Of a DNA stretch of 64,000 nt, positions 17,787 through 33,330 are shown one piece after another. The stretch's first letter is position 1. The number at the start of each line of letters is the position of its first letter. The position numbers and the translations under genes were made by a program. The DNA lies in assembly GCA_963770895.1 (NCBI GenBank), contig CAVYRF010000002.1, positions 3,040,001-3,104,000 of the forward strand, given 5' to 3'. This stretch comes from an uncultured Acidobacteriota bacterium (GTDB taxonomy: Bacteria; Acidobacteriota; Thermoanaerobaculia; Multivoradales; UBA5704). Under the pieces are notes generated by a model, which was given only the letters and a program-made list of their open reading frames with translations, did not search any database and was not told where the DNA came from.

Positions 17787-18005
17787 TCAGTCCAGGCAGC
17801 CGTCGAGGCAGTCCGTATAGTGGGTGCCGCAGTTCTGCTCGCAGGTCGGATTGCCGTTGCAGCCCTGCAGGCAGAGCGTCTGCTGGCGCCCGCAGTCCTG
17901 GACGCAGATGCAGGAGTAGCACGGTACGGCGCTGGCTGGCTGGAGGGCCACCAAGCCGAGCAGGGCGACCATCAATCCGAACAGCAGGACGCGAGTGCGC
18001 TTCAT
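17787..18005 (-). CDS. Small secreted cysteine-rich peptide (10 Cys)
   Basis: AAAAGGAG RBS, signal peptide ending ASA, repeated CX3C motifs. Confidence 0.75.
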   Translation of the reverse strand: MKRTRVLLFGLMVALLGLVALQPASAVPCYSCICVQDCGRQQTLCLQGCNGNPTCEQNCGTHYTDCLDGCLD

Positions 18006-18233
18006 CTTTGCATCTCCTTTTGGGGACCTGGGGTGAGCGCCTCATGCGATCATCCCCATAAATGCAAAGTGAAGTCCGCTCGCAATCCGTGACATTCCGC
18101 AACCGCCCGCCGTCCGCCAGTCCGCGCCCCATGCCTGCTTCTCCAAAATGCGATCAATTCGATCTTAATAGTCGTTAAAGCGGAGCGTGAGATGGCCCGC
18201 GAACAGAAGGGCGCGGGCCAGCGGCCAGCTCAG

Positions 18234-19547
18234 TCAGTGCGCGTTCGGCCCGCGGACGATGACGCCTCCCTTCATCACGAAATCCAGGTGCTCCAGGGCG
18301 CGCACGTCTGTCAGGGGATTGCCCGGGGCTGCGACGAGGTCGGCGAGCTGGCCCGGCGCGATGGTGCCGCGATCGGTGACGCCGAGGAGGTCGGCGGCGG
18401 CCAGCGTGGCGGAGCGGATGGCATCCAGCGGCGACAGGCCGGCGTCGACCAGGAGCGCGAACTGGCGGGCGTTCTCGCCGTGGGGGTAGACGCCGGCGTC
18501 GGTGCCGTAGGCGATCTTGACGCCGGCGCGAATGGCCCTGCGCAGGCTCTCCGCGGCGCGGCGGCTCTCCTCCCGGCCCTTGACGGCCATCTCGTCGGGG
18601 AGGTCGACGGCCGCCCCATGCGCGACGCCGACGTATGGCGTCGGCACCAGGTAGGTGCCCTTCTCCTTCATCAGGCGGATGGCTTCGTCGTCGAGCTGCG
18701 AGCCGTGCTCGATCGAGTCGACGCCGGCATGGAGGGCGGCGAGGGTTCCGGCCAAGGCCTCGGCGTGCGCCAGAACTTTAAGGCCGTTGCGCTTCGCTTC
18801 CTCGACGACGGTGCGCATCTCCTCCTCCGAGAACTGCTGCACGTCGAGCGTCCGTTCGAAGCTGGCGACCCCGCCGGTGACCATGAGCTTGATCACCCGC
18901 GCGCCGTGCTTGATCTGATAGCGCACGGCGTGCAGCAGCTGCTGCGGGCCGTCGGCGATCCCCTGCTCCGGCCCGTGCTCGAAAACGCCGGGCGGGAATC
19001 CGGTGTCGTCGCCGTGGCCGCCGGTCATACTGATCTGATAGCCCGCGGGCGTGATCCGCGGCCCGCTGGCGAATCCTTCCGCGATGGCCTTGGCGAGCGC
19101 CACGTCGATGAAGTCGTTGTCTCCCGCCGAGCGAACGCTGGTGAAGCCCGCCGCCAAGGTGGCGCGGGCGTTGTCCGCCGCCCGCAGAGCCGAGTCGACC
19201 GCGCTGTCGAAGAGATATTGCGCGAACCTCCCGGGCCGCGCGCTGCCCACCGACAGGTGGACGTGCATATCGAACAGCCCCGGCAGCAGGGTGCGGTCGC
19301 CGAGCGCCACCACCCGCGCTCCCGCCGGCAGCGCCACCGCGGTGCGGGCTCCGGCGGCTTGGATGCGCTCGCCTTCGACGACCACCACGGCGTCGTCCAC
19401 GACCCTCCCGCTGCGCACGTCGATCATGCGGTTCGCGGTGATCGCCAACACCTCCGCACCTGTCGCGGCAGGATTCGACGCTCCTGCCAGGAGCACCGCG
19501 ATCGCCACGGCGCCGCCGGCGCGCCCGATTGCCTGGTGCCTGCGCAT
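18234..19547 (-). CDS. Amidohydrolase family protein (Xaa-Pro dipeptidase-like)
   Basis: LLPGLFDMHVH, GGHGD, AHA, SIEHG, YGTDAG, G.LADLVA; N-terminal signal-like segment. Confidence 0.9.
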   Translation of the reverse strand: MRRHQAIGRAGGAVAIAVLLAGASNPAATGAEVLAITANRMIDVRSGRVVDDAVVVVEGERIQAAGARTAVALPAGARVVALGDRTLLPGLFDMHVHLSVGSARPGRFAQYLFDSAVDSALRAADNARATLAAGFTSVRSAGDNDFIDVALAKAIAEGFASGPRITPAGYQISMTGGHGDDTGFPPGVFEHGPEQGIADGPQQLLHAVRYQIKHGARVIKLMVTGGVASFERTLDVQQFSEEEMRTVVEEAKRNGLKVLAHAEALAGTLAALHAGVDSIEHGSQLDDEAIRLMKEKGTYLVPTPYVGVAHGAAVDLPDEMAVKGREESRRAAESLRRAIRAGVKIAYGTDAGVYPHGENARQFALLVDAGLSPLDAIRSATLAAADLLGVTDRGTIAPGQLADLVAAPGNPLTDVRALEHLDFVMKGGVIVRGPNAH

Positions 19548-19581
19548 ACGCTGCCACCTGCCTTTCATTGTCCCCGCCTGG

Positions 19582-20658
19582 TCAGGTGCCGGGGCTGATG
19601 CGCCGGGCGTAGATCGTGGTGGCCGGCTCGGTGGCCCAGACGGCGACCGCGGTGGTGCCGCTGGCGGCCAGGGCGGGGCTGTGCTGCGCGCCGGCGGTGG
19701 TGGTGTTGACGGGGAAGTCGAAACCGGTGGGGATGCCGGCGGGGGCGATGAGGCGCCCGAAGATGCTGCTGGCGTCGCCGTCGCGGCCGGATTCGTCCTC
19801 CCAGATGGCGACGAAGCCCTGGTGGTTGGCGAAGGCGGCGAGTTGGGGAGTGACGAGGGTGTCGGCCGGGTGGCGGCTGATGGCGGCCGGACCATCGCGG
19901 AGGGCGGTCCCGATGGCGACGAAGAAGCGGCCGGAGATGCCGTTTGCGGGGATGGGGGAAAGGGGCAGGTCGCCCAGACTCGCGGGCCGGGCGCTGTCCC
20001 AGAGGGCGCCGATGATGCCATCGTTGCCGACCGCGACGGCGGCATCGTAGCTGGGATCGATGCAGCAACGGGAGTCGAGCTGGTCGATGGGCTGAAACGT
20101 CCCGTCGGGAGAGAGGCGGTAGAGCACGACCTCGACGCTGTCGCCCCAATCGGTGACCATGGTCAGCAGCGACCCGTCGGGGGCGAAGGCGGCGCGGGCG
20201 TGCACCGCCACCTGGTTGGTGACCGGCGCGCCACCGCGATCGAAGAGCTGCATCATCACGCGGCTGAACGGCGAGGTGCCCGCCTGCGGCACGATCTGGT
20301 CCCACAGCACCACGAACTGGTGGTCGCCCACCACCCCCACCCCATCCACCAACGCGCTGCCCGAAAGCGGCCGCACGACCAGGAACTCTCCCGACGAGGG
20401 CGCTCCCGACTTGAGGAACAGCCGCGCATGGATCACCGTCGGCGTCTGCGGGCCGGCGTTCCCACGCGCGTTCCACACCACGACGAAACCCCCGTCGGGA
20501 AAGACCGCCACCTTGGGCGCCGACTGCACATCCGCCGTGCTCACGCTGACCCGGATCTCCGGGCCCAGGACCACCGACGCCCCAGCCGGCGCCGCCAAGG
20601 CCGCCAGCCCGCAGGTGGCGAAAAACATCGCCGCGCGCAGGTTCCACAGATCTTTCAT
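19582..20658 (-). CDS. Secreted hypothetical protein with beta-rich repeats
   Basis: Signal peptide; repeats of the type (E/D)F.V.....G.Q..P.(V/L)A.....F/AVVW. Confidence 0.65.
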   Translation of the reverse strand: MKDLWNLRAAMFFATCGLAALAAPAGASVVLGPEIRVSVSTADVQSAPKVAVFPDGGFVVVWNARGNAGPQTPTVIHARLFLKSGAPSSGEFLVVRPLSGSALVDGVGVVGDHQFVVLWDQIVPQAGTSPFSRVMMQLFDRGGAPVTNQVAVHARAAFAPDGSLLTMVTDWGDSVEVVLYRLSPDGTFQPIDQLDSRCCIDPSYDAAVAVGNDGIIGALWDSARPASLGDLPLSPIPANGISGRFFVAIGTALRDGPAAISRHPADTLVTPQLAAFANHQGFVAIWEDESGRDGDASSIFGRLIAPAGIPTGFDFPVNTTTAGAQHSPALAASGTTAVAVWATEPATTIYARRISPGT

Positions 20659-20805
20659 CTCTTTCCCCCTGAGGAGCGCAACCGCCCCTATCTGATCTGC
20701 TCCGATACTGCCAGGTTGCTTTCAGGCGTGCAAATGTCAGTGCACGACGATCGGTTCGTCGAGGCCGGGTAGCGGGAGCGAAACGGCCGAAAACGGCCAG
20801 GTCGC

Positions 20806-20834
20806 TTGCCGGTGCGCCGCGAGCGTGGTACAGT
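20806..20834 (+). promoter_or_regulatory. Sigma70-type promoter of the riboswitch-metH transcript
   Basis: TTGCCG-17 nt-TACAGT with a TG extension, 7 nt before the aptamer. Confidence 0.6.
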
Positions 20835-20841
20835 GGCCGCG

Positions 20842-20949
20842 GCATTACGAGCGGTCCGGCACAGCCGGGCTCGGCAACCTGGGGCGGACACCCAAGGTGC
20901 CCTCTCGCGCAAGCGAGGATGCGGTCGCGGCGGCGACAACCAAGTGTCC
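20842..20949 (+). ncRNA. SAM-I/IV riboswitch aptamer
   Basis: GCATTACGAG...GGCAACCTGGGGCGGACACCCAAGGTGC...GATGC core, a 3' hairpin, and a pseudoknot GGACAC/GTGTCC; directly upstream of metH. Confidence 0.88.
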
Positions 20950-20970
20950 TGCAGTCGGCGTTGACCAGCT

Positions 20971-21008
20971 AAACCCGCTCTCGTGATGCTCGACGAGGCG
21001 GGTTTTTT
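20971..21008 (+). terminator. Intrinsic terminator (riboswitch expression platform)
   Basis: AAACCCGC-TCTCGT...ACGAG-GCGGG followed by TTTTTT. Confidence 0.8.
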
Positions 21009-21042
21009 GTCGTTTCCCCCCGCCCATGGACTGGAGGCTTTG

Positions 21043-24591
<3,549 letters not shown>

Positions 24592-24776
24592 GCGGCCGCA
24601 GGCCGGCGCCGCGGTGGTGATCCGCGCCGGCAGCCGCCTGGTGACGCCCGCCATGGCGGCGCCCGCAGCGGCGGCCCCCCGCGGAATCTGCGCCGCGGGG
24701 TGTAACTCCGCAGCGGATAGAATCGTCTCCGGGGCAGGGGGTCGGTAGATCGGGCAGGGAGCAGGAAGATCCAATC

Positions 24777-26396
24777 ATGCGTGCAACTCCTGCAAAGCCG
24801 CTGTTCGGCCGTGCCGCCGCCTTGGCCTCGCTGATGGCGCTGCTGCCGTTCCTGCTGCCGGTGGCAGCTCTGGCGGCGTCTCCTGCGTCGCCGGCGACGC
24901 CGACATTGCCGGCACCGCCTCTGTCGTCAGCCTCGCCGGCGGTGCGGTCGTCCGCTGCGCCGCCGCCGGTGGCGGGCGGTGCCGCGGTCCTGTCGTCGGC
25001 CGCGATCGGTGCGGCGCGGGCGCTGGTGGCGACCGCTTTCGATCAGCTGGAGACGGCGGCTAAAGCATGGCGGCAGACGGCGCCGGCGGCCTGGCAACCG
25101 GTCCTGGAGGATGACGCCGCGGCCCTGGGCGACAGCCTGGGTGCGCTCGACGCGGCGCTCGCCGCTGCAAATCCGGGGTACCTGGCGATCCTGGGAGACG
25201 CCGATCGCGGCCTGGTGGCGCTGCAACTGGCCTGGCGCCGGGCGCAGGGGGCGGCGGCGCCCGGTTCTGCGCGGCGGTCCGAGCCGGTGGTGCGCGCGCT
25301 CGACAGCCTTGCGGAAGCGATGTCGCAACTGGTCGGCACCTACGGTGCGGCCGCCCGGCGCGCCGCCCGTGGCCCCATGTCGGTGGGTGAATCCAGCAGC
25401 TTCATCCGTCTCAACCAGGCCGCTGCAAGCTTGCAGGCGCGTCTCCCCGCCCTGGCTGCGGCGGCGCGGGGCCAGGGGGATGCGGCCCTGGCAGCAACCC
25501 TGGCGAGCCTGCAGGAAACCTTGCAGCAGATCGCCGCCGCACCGCCGACTCTTGCCGGCTACCTGGTCGCCCTCCAGGCAAGCAGCGACGCAGTAGCCCT
25601 GTGGAACGGCAGCGCCCCGTTCCTCTCCGCGGCCGAGCAGGCAGCCTCGCAGCAAGCCGAAAGCGCCGCCGGCGATCTGACCACGGCCGCCGAAACCGGC
25701 TTTGTCTTCACCACCGACTTTGCCAGCGGCGCCACCTCCTCCTTTGTGGCCGCAGCGCCTGCCGACAACGCGCCGGGCGGCGGTCCTGCCGGCGGCGGGG
25801 CCGGAATGGGGCCTGCCGACGACGACGACCTAGACGGCGGCTGGGGCGCGTCCGCTGCCGATCCCATGTCGCGGGGAGCCTTCCCGGCGGCCGCGGCCCC
25901 TGTCGACGCAGCAGAGGCCGCCGACGCCGCCGCCGGCGGTGGCAGCGTCGGCATTCGCCCCGGCGCCGCACTTGCCGATGCCATCCCAGCGGATCCAGCC
26001 GCGAGCACCGGAGGCTTCGCGAGCCTGGGTGGCGCCGCCGCGGCACCAGCCCTGCCGCCGGGCGCCAACCCGCCGGCCGGCAGCGCCGACCCAGGCCGGA
26101 TCGTCATTCACGGCGGAGCCGCCGGCATCGCCGAAGCGGCCGCCGCCGGCATCGACATCAGCGGCGACGGCGCCCCGGCGTTCTCCTTCGAGCTGGGAGA
26201 CCTGTCCGGCGAAGCCATGGCCGCGGCCCTCGCCGCCAGTCCTGAAGACGAAGCGCCCTCCACCTTCGATCCAGACGCGGACGCCGGTATCGATGAGCCC
26301 CCTGGTCCCCTGGCCTGGGAACCGCTCTGCCGCCCCTGGCAGCCGCCGCCTGGAGGCCACGACCTCTGCCTTGCCCCGTCCGCGGCGCGCCACTAG
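24777..26396 (+). CDS. Exported Ala-rich hypothetical protein
   Basis: Signal-like N-terminus, helical Ala-rich core, low-complexity acidic tail; AGGA RBS. Confidence 0.5.
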   Translation: MRATPAKPLFGRAAALASLMALLPFLLPVAALAASPASPATPTLPAPPLSSASPAVRSSAAPPPVAGGAAVLSSAAIGAARALVATAFDQLETAAKAWRQTAPAAWQPVLEDDAAALGDSLGALDAALAAANPGYLAILGDADRGLVALQLAWRRAQGAAAPGSARRSEPVVRALDSLAEAMSQLVGTYGAAARRAARGPMSVGESSSFIRLNQAAASLQARLPALAAAARGQGDAALAATLASLQETLQQIAAAPPTLAGYLVALQASSDAVALWNGSAPFLSAAEQAASQQAESAAGDLTTAAETGFVFTTDFASGATSSFVAAAPADNAPGGGPAGGGAGMGPADDDDLDGGWGASAADPMSRGAFPAAAAPVDAAEAADAAAGGGSVGIRPGAALADAIPADPAASTGGFASLGGAAAAPALPPGANPPAGSADPGRIVIHGGAAGIAEAAAAGIDISGDGAPAFSFELGDLSGEAMAAALAASPEDEAPSTFDPDADAGIDEPPGPLAWEPLCRPWQPPPGGHDLCLAPSAARH

Positions 26397-26422
26397 ACCC
26401 GCCGTTGCCTGCGTGAGGCCGG

Positions 26423-28363
<1,941 letters not shown>

Positions 28364-28431
28364 CCGCGCATGCTATCCCGCGCCGCCTGAGGCCCGCCGT
28401 CTTCGCGCAATCTGAGGTAGGCTGGCTGCCT

Positions 28432-29673
28432 ATGTCCGACCGCGTACCTGCTACCGCCGGGGCCGCCGCCGATCCGGCGGCCGCCGCCGGCGCCGTGACG
28501 TTGGGGGCGGCGCGCTTCTGGGACGGGCAGGTTGCCAGCCCCGACGCGCAGAGCCGCCACTGGCTGGAGTCGCCGCAGGCCGCCAGGCTGGTCAATCGGC
28601 GCGTCACCGGCAGGGAGGACGTGTACCCCCTGGTGGCGTTGGCCGAGCAGCTGCGCGGGCACCTGCCGATCCGGCACGCTCTGTCGATTGGCTGCGGCAC
28701 CGGCAGCCTGGAGCGCGAGGCGGTGCTGGCCGGCATGGTGGAGCGCATCGACGGCATCGACGTGAGCGCCGCGGCGCTCGACTGCGCGCGCGACGCGGCG
28801 CGCGCCGACGCCGGCCTGGCCCGCCGCATCGCCTACACCCAGGTGGACGCCGCCACCTGGCTGGCGGCCACGGAGCCGGGGCGCTATCAGTTGATCGTCT
28901 TCCACGGCAGCCTGCATCACATCGCCGAGCTGGAGGTGGTGCTGGCGCACTGCGCCACGGTGCTGCGCGGCGCGCCGGCGGGCCAGGGCTGGCTCTACCT
29001 GGACGAATACGTGGGGCCGTCGCGCGATCAGTGGTGCGACGCCGACCTGGCGCCGGCGCGCGAGCTGTTCGCGCAGGTGCCCGCGCAGCTGCGCCGCACG
29101 CCACGCCTGGATCAGCCGATGGACCAGGACGACCCCAGCGAAATGGTGCGCTCGGCCGACATCGAGCCGGTGCTGCGCAGCTGGTTCGAGGTGGAGAGCT
29201 ACCGCCCCTACCACGGCAACCTGCTCTATCCCTTGCTGTCGGCGGTGCGCGCCGATGCGTACGCCCACCCCGCGGTCGAGCGCCTGGTGGCGGCCGCCGC
29301 GGCGCGCGAAGATGCGCTGGCCGCCGGCGGCAGCTTGCGGCCGTTGTTCGCCTGCTACCTGGCCCGGCCGCGCCCGGCTGCCGAGGCCGCCGAGCGGGCC
29401 GCCGTCTGGTTCGCCAGGCAGGGTGCGGCGCTGGAGGCGGCGGGCGCCGACCAGGCGTGGCTCGACGGCGGGCCGCTGCCCAGCTACGAAACCGAGCTCG
29501 GCTTGCGCCGCCTGCTCGCCCAGCGCACCGCCGAGCAGCGCGACCTGTACCGCGAGATCGGCAGGCTGGGGCAGCTCATCAAATCCATGGAATCGGCGCG
29601 GGCTTGGCGCCTTCACGCCTGGCTGGAGCGCCACGTCCGCGTCCCGCTGCGGCGCCTCGGACGGCGCGGATAG
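28432..29673 (+). CDS. Class I SAM-dependent methyltransferase with a C-terminal coiled coil
   Basis: LSIGCGTG, GIDVS, SLHH, EYVGP. Confidence 0.8.
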   Translation: MSDRVPATAGAAADPAAAAGAVTLGAARFWDGQVASPDAQSRHWLESPQAARLVNRRVTGREDVYPLVALAEQLRGHLPIRHALSIGCGTGSLEREAVLAGMVERIDGIDVSAAALDCARDAARADAGLARRIAYTQVDAATWLAATEPGRYQLIVFHGSLHHIAELEVVLAHCATVLRGAPAGQGWLYLDEYVGPSRDQWCDADLAPARELFAQVPAQLRRTPRLDQPMDQDDPSEMVRSADIEPVLRSWFEVESYRPYHGNLLYPLLSAVRADAYAHPAVERLVAAAAAREDALAAGGSLRPLFACYLARPRPAAEAAERAAVWFARQGAALEAAGADQAWLDGGPLPSYETELGLRRLLAQRTAEQRDLYREIGRLGQLIKSMESARAWRLHAWLERHVRVPLRRLGRRG

Positions 29674-29729
29674 CGGCGGCTGGCGGAGCGACAAAGGACG
29701 GCCTGCGGGCTCAGGGGAGGGTTGCGGCG

Positions 29730-30209
29730 ATGACCAGTTCGATGGTGATCTACGGTGTGGCGTTGGGCCTGGGTATCGTTGCCGGGTTGCGCACGTTCAC
29801 GGCGCCGGCGGCGACCTGCTGGGGGGCGTCGTGGGGTTGGTTGCACCTGCAGGGGTCGCGCCTGGGGTGGATGGCCTCGCCGGTCGCGGTCTGGCTGTTC
29901 ACGCTGGCGGCGCTGGGCGAGCTGGTCCTGGACAAGCTGCCGGGCACCGGCAGCCGCACTGCGGCCGGCCCGCTCACCGGCAGGGTGATCAGCGGCGGGT
30001 TGTGCGGCGCCGCGGCGGGCATCGCCGGCGGCCAGGGGGTGATCGTCTGCGTGCTGCTGGGCGCCGTCGGCGCCCTGATCGGCACCTTCGGCGGCCACCA
30101 GGCTCGCACCGGGCTGGTGCGGGCGCTGGGCGTGCCGGACTTCGTCATCGCCCTGCTGGAGGACGCCGTGGCGATCGCCGGCGGCTTCTGGCTCGCCTCG
30201 CGCCTGTAG
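29730..30209 (+). CDS. Membrane protein (DUF4126-like)
   Basis: G..AGLR..T.PA, GELV.DKLP, ALLED; GGAGG RBS. Confidence 0.75.
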   Translation: MTSSMVIYGVALGLGIVAGLRTFTAPAATCWGASWGWLHLQGSRLGWMASPVAVWLFTLAALGELVLDKLPGTGSRTAAGPLTGRVISGGLCGAAAGIAGGQGVIVCVLLGAVGALIGTFGGHQARTGLVRALGVPDFVIALLEDAVAIAGGFWLASRL

Positions 30210-30236
30210 CCTCTCGCGCCTGCAGCTCCCCGCCTG

Positions 30237-31361
30237 CTAGGGCTGCGCGGGGCGCGCAGGCCACAGCACCGAGCGGTCGATGGCGGCGATGGTGGTGGTG
30301 CCGCAGAGCGCCATCGTCGTCTCCAGCTCGGCGACCAGGATCTTGAGCAGGCGCTCGACCCCGGCGGCGCCGCCCGCCGCCAGCGCCCACAGGTGGGGGC
30401 GGCCGATGAAGACGGCACGGGCGCCCAGGGCCAGCGCCTTGACCACGTCGGTGCCGCGCCGCACGCCGCCGTCGAGCAGGACGGGGATGCGGCCCGCAAC
30501 CGCCTGCACGACGCCGGGGAGCGCCTCGATCGTCGCCGGCGTGGTGTCCAGGTTGCGGGCGCCGTGGTTGGACACGATGATGCCGGCGGCGCCGTGTTCC
30601 ACCGCCAGCGCCGCGTCCTCGGGCGACAGCACCCCCTTGAGCAGGATGGGGATCCTGGCGAAGCCGGCAATCCAGTCGATGCCATCCCAGGTGAGGGTGG
30701 GATCGAAGATCGTGCCGTAGACGCCGCTTTCGTCGAAGTGGCTGGCCTGGGCGCCCTTGCAGCCGCGCAGGTTGGCGCGCTCCAGCCCGGCGGACAGGGC
30801 GAAGCGGTCGCGCGTCTCGCGGTTGCGGGTGCCTGGCACCGGCGTGTCGACGGTGATGCAGAGCGCCTTGCAGCCGGCGGCCTCCGCCCGCGCCACCAGG
30901 TCGCGGGTGAACTCGCGGTCGGATTGCACGTACAGCTGGAACCACAGCGGCGCCGTGGCCGCGGCCGCGATCTCCTCGACGGCGGTGGTGGCGAACGAGC
31001 TGACCACCATGGTCATGCCGGCGGCGCCGGCGGCGCGCGCCGTGCCCAGCTCGCCGTCGGGGTGGACCATGCGGTGGTACGCGGTCGGGGCGAGCAGGAT
31101 GGGAACGAGCTGCGGCTGGCCGAGCAGGTGGGTCGCGGTGTCCAACCGGCTGACGTCGCGCAGGATGCGCGGCTTGAGCAGGATGTCGTCAAAACAGCTG
31201 CAGTTGCGGCGCAGCGAAATCTCGTCGCCGGCGCCGCCGACGATGTAGCTGTAGACCGTCTGCGGCAGGCGCTGCCGGGCGATCGCCTCGAAGTCGGCGC
31301 AGTTGACCGGGTTGGCGGCGGCGAGGGCCGCGGCTTCGGCGGCGACGTCCGGTTCGCTCAT
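30237..31361 (-). CDS. FMN-dependent alpha-hydroxy acid oxidase
   Basis: LAPTA, WFQLY, TVD, LKG, SNHGARNLD, DGGVRRG.D. Confidence 0.93.
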   Translation of the reverse strand: MSEPDVAAEAAALAAANPVNCADFEAIARQRLPQTVYSYIVGGAGDEISLRRNCSCFDDILLKPRILRDVSRLDTATHLLGQPQLVPILLAPTAYHRMVHPDGELGTARAAGAAGMTMVVSSFATTAVEEIAAAATAPLWFQLYVQSDREFTRDLVARAEAAGCKALCITVDTPVPGTRNRETRDRFALSAGLERANLRGCKGAQASHFDESGVYGTIFDPTLTWDGIDWIAGFARIPILLKGVLSPEDAALAVEHGAAGIIVSNHGARNLDTTPATIEALPGVVQAVAGRIPVLLDGGVRRGTDVVKALALGARAVFIGRPHLWALAAGGAAGVERLLKILVAELETTMALCGTTTIAAIDRSVLWPARPAQP

Positions 31362-31382
31362 GGCGTCTGTGCAGACCCGGGG

Positions 31383-33131
31383 TCAGATCCCTTGCGCTGC
31401 CTTCGCCGGTTTGGCTTCGCGGGCCTTGGCGTCCTTGGCTTCCTTGACCATGCGCCGCACGTCGGCGAGCAGCTGCTTGGCATCGTAGACGATGCCGTCC
31501 TTGATGGTGTACCGGACGCCGCCGGCCCGCACCACCTCGTTCTTGTCGTTGAGCTTGGTCACGCCGGTGCCGTACAGGCTCGCCAGGTTGGCCAGCGGGT
31601 TTTCGTCGACCACCACCAGGTCGGCCAGCTTGCCCGGTTCGACCGAGCCGATCTGGCTGGCCATGCCCAGCGCCTCGGCGCCCTTGAGGGTGGCGGCGCG
31701 GATCACCTCCAGCGGGTGAAAGCCCGCCTCGCGCAGCAGCTCCAGCTCGCGCACGTAGTCGAAGCCGTAGAGCTTGTAGAGGAAGCCGCTGTCGGTGCCC
31801 ACCGTGACCCTGCCGCCGCGGTTCTTGTATTCGTTGACGAACGCCATCCACAGGCGGTAGTTGTTTTTCCACTCCACTTCGTCCTCGGTGGTCCAGTGGA
31901 ACCAGAAGGAGCCGTGATTCTGGCGGCTCGGCTGGTAGAACTCCCACAGCGAGGGCAGCGTGTATTCGTCGTGCCATTCCGCCCGCCGCACCCGCATCAG
32001 GTCGCGCGTCGCCTCGTAGATGGTGAAGGTCGGGTCGATGGTGAAGTCGAGCGCGATCAGCTCGTTCATCACCTGGTTCCAGCGCTCCGAGCCCGGCGGC
32101 GCCGCCTGGCGCCACAGCCGCCCGGCCTGGCCGAAGCGGTCGGCTTCGTTGGCGTAGTTGTAGTCGAGCGGGTAGTCCTGCACGGTGCGGCCGGCGAACA
32201 GCGCCTCGGGCAGGCCGTACCAGTGCTCCATGCTGGTCAGCCCCCAGCGCGCCGAGTCCAGCACGTTGACCCGCGCCACGTCCATCTGCGCATGGTGGCA
32301 GGCGCTGCGCATGCCGCGCCGCTTCGCCTCTTCGATGGCCGCCTTCATGATGTCGGGGCGGTAGCCGAAGAACTTCAGGCCGTCGGCCCCCTTGGCCGCC
32401 ATCTGCGCCACCCAGGCGCGCGCCTGCTCGGGCGTGGTGAACGGATCGTCGCGCCCCTGGCCGAAGACGACGTAGGCGAAGATCCGCGGCGCCGTGATCA
32501 GGTTGGCCGCGCTCTGCGCCTTCTCCTTGAGCGTCCAGTCGATGCCGTTCATGCTGCCGGGGTCGCGGATGGTGGTGATGCCGTGCCCCATCCACAGCTT
32601 GAACACGTATTCGGCGGGCGTTCCCTGGTCCTGGCCGCCGATGTGGGCGTGCATGTCGACAAAGCCGGGCATCACCCAGGAGCCGGTGAGGTCGATCTCC
32701 TTGTCGCCCTTGGCCGCCTTGGGGCGCCTTTCGGGGTCGATGACGGAGCCCGGCTGGCCGACGCTCTCCACCTGCGTGATGCGGTTCTTTTCGATCACGA
32801 TATCGACCGGACCGATCGGCGGCGCGCCGGTGCCGTCGATGACCGTGGCGCCGCGCAGGATGAGGCGCGGGAACGGCCCCTCGCCCTCGGCGCGCGGCGG
32901 CGCCGGCGGGATCGTCTTGTCCTTGGGGTCGCGCTTGGCCGGCTTCGGCTTGGCGCCCGCCGCCGCCCCCGGCGCCGCCGCGGGTGCCGTTGCCGAAGCC
33001 GCTGATGAAGCTGGTGCCGGAGCTGGTGCGGAAGCCGGGGCCGTCGCCGGCGTGGGCGGTGCTGCCGCTGCGGGTGCCAGACCGATCAGGGCCGCCAGGC
33101 CCAGGGCATGGCACCACGGTGAGGTTCTCAT
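31383..33131 (-). CDS. Secreted amidohydrolase family protein
   Basis: Signal peptide; MPGFVDMHAH, GTDSG, GKLADLVV. Confidence 0.88.
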   Translation of the reverse strand: MRTSPWCHALGLAALIGLAPAAAAPPTPATAPASAPAPAPASSAASATAPAAAPGAAAGAKPKPAKRDPKDKTIPPAPPRAEGEGPFPRLILRGATVIDGTGAPPIGPVDIVIEKNRITQVESVGQPGSVIDPERRPKAAKGDKEIDLTGSWVMPGFVDMHAHIGGQDQGTPAEYVFKLWMGHGITTIRDPGSMNGIDWTLKEKAQSAANLITAPRIFAYVVFGQGRDDPFTTPEQARAWVAQMAAKGADGLKFFGYRPDIMKAAIEEAKRRGMRSACHHAQMDVARVNVLDSARWGLTSMEHWYGLPEALFAGRTVQDYPLDYNYANEADRFGQAGRLWRQAAPPGSERWNQVMNELIALDFTIDPTFTIYEATRDLMRVRRAEWHDEYTLPSLWEFYQPSRQNHGSFWFHWTTEDEVEWKNNYRLWMAFVNEYKNRGGRVTVGTDSGFLYKLYGFDYVRELELLREAGFHPLEVIRAATLKGAEALGMASQIGSVEPGKLADLVVVDENPLANLASLYGTGVTKLNDKNEVVRAGGVRYTIKDGIVYDAKQLLADVRRMVKEAKDAKAREAKPAKAAQGI

Positions 33132-33330
33132 CGCCGCCCGCTCCTTTCTGCTCCGTTGGTCGTGCGCGACTTGCGCACCTAGGGTAGCGCACCAGCGGCC
33201 GGCGGAGAACCCGTTCGTTGTAGGAGAACCACCTACAGGACCTGGGCAGCCTTCCTACTTTCTTTGTCGCGCTTTTCCGATTGTTCTGCTTCCTGTGGTT
33301 CGACATGCTTTCCGCCGGGAGGAAAGCCTG

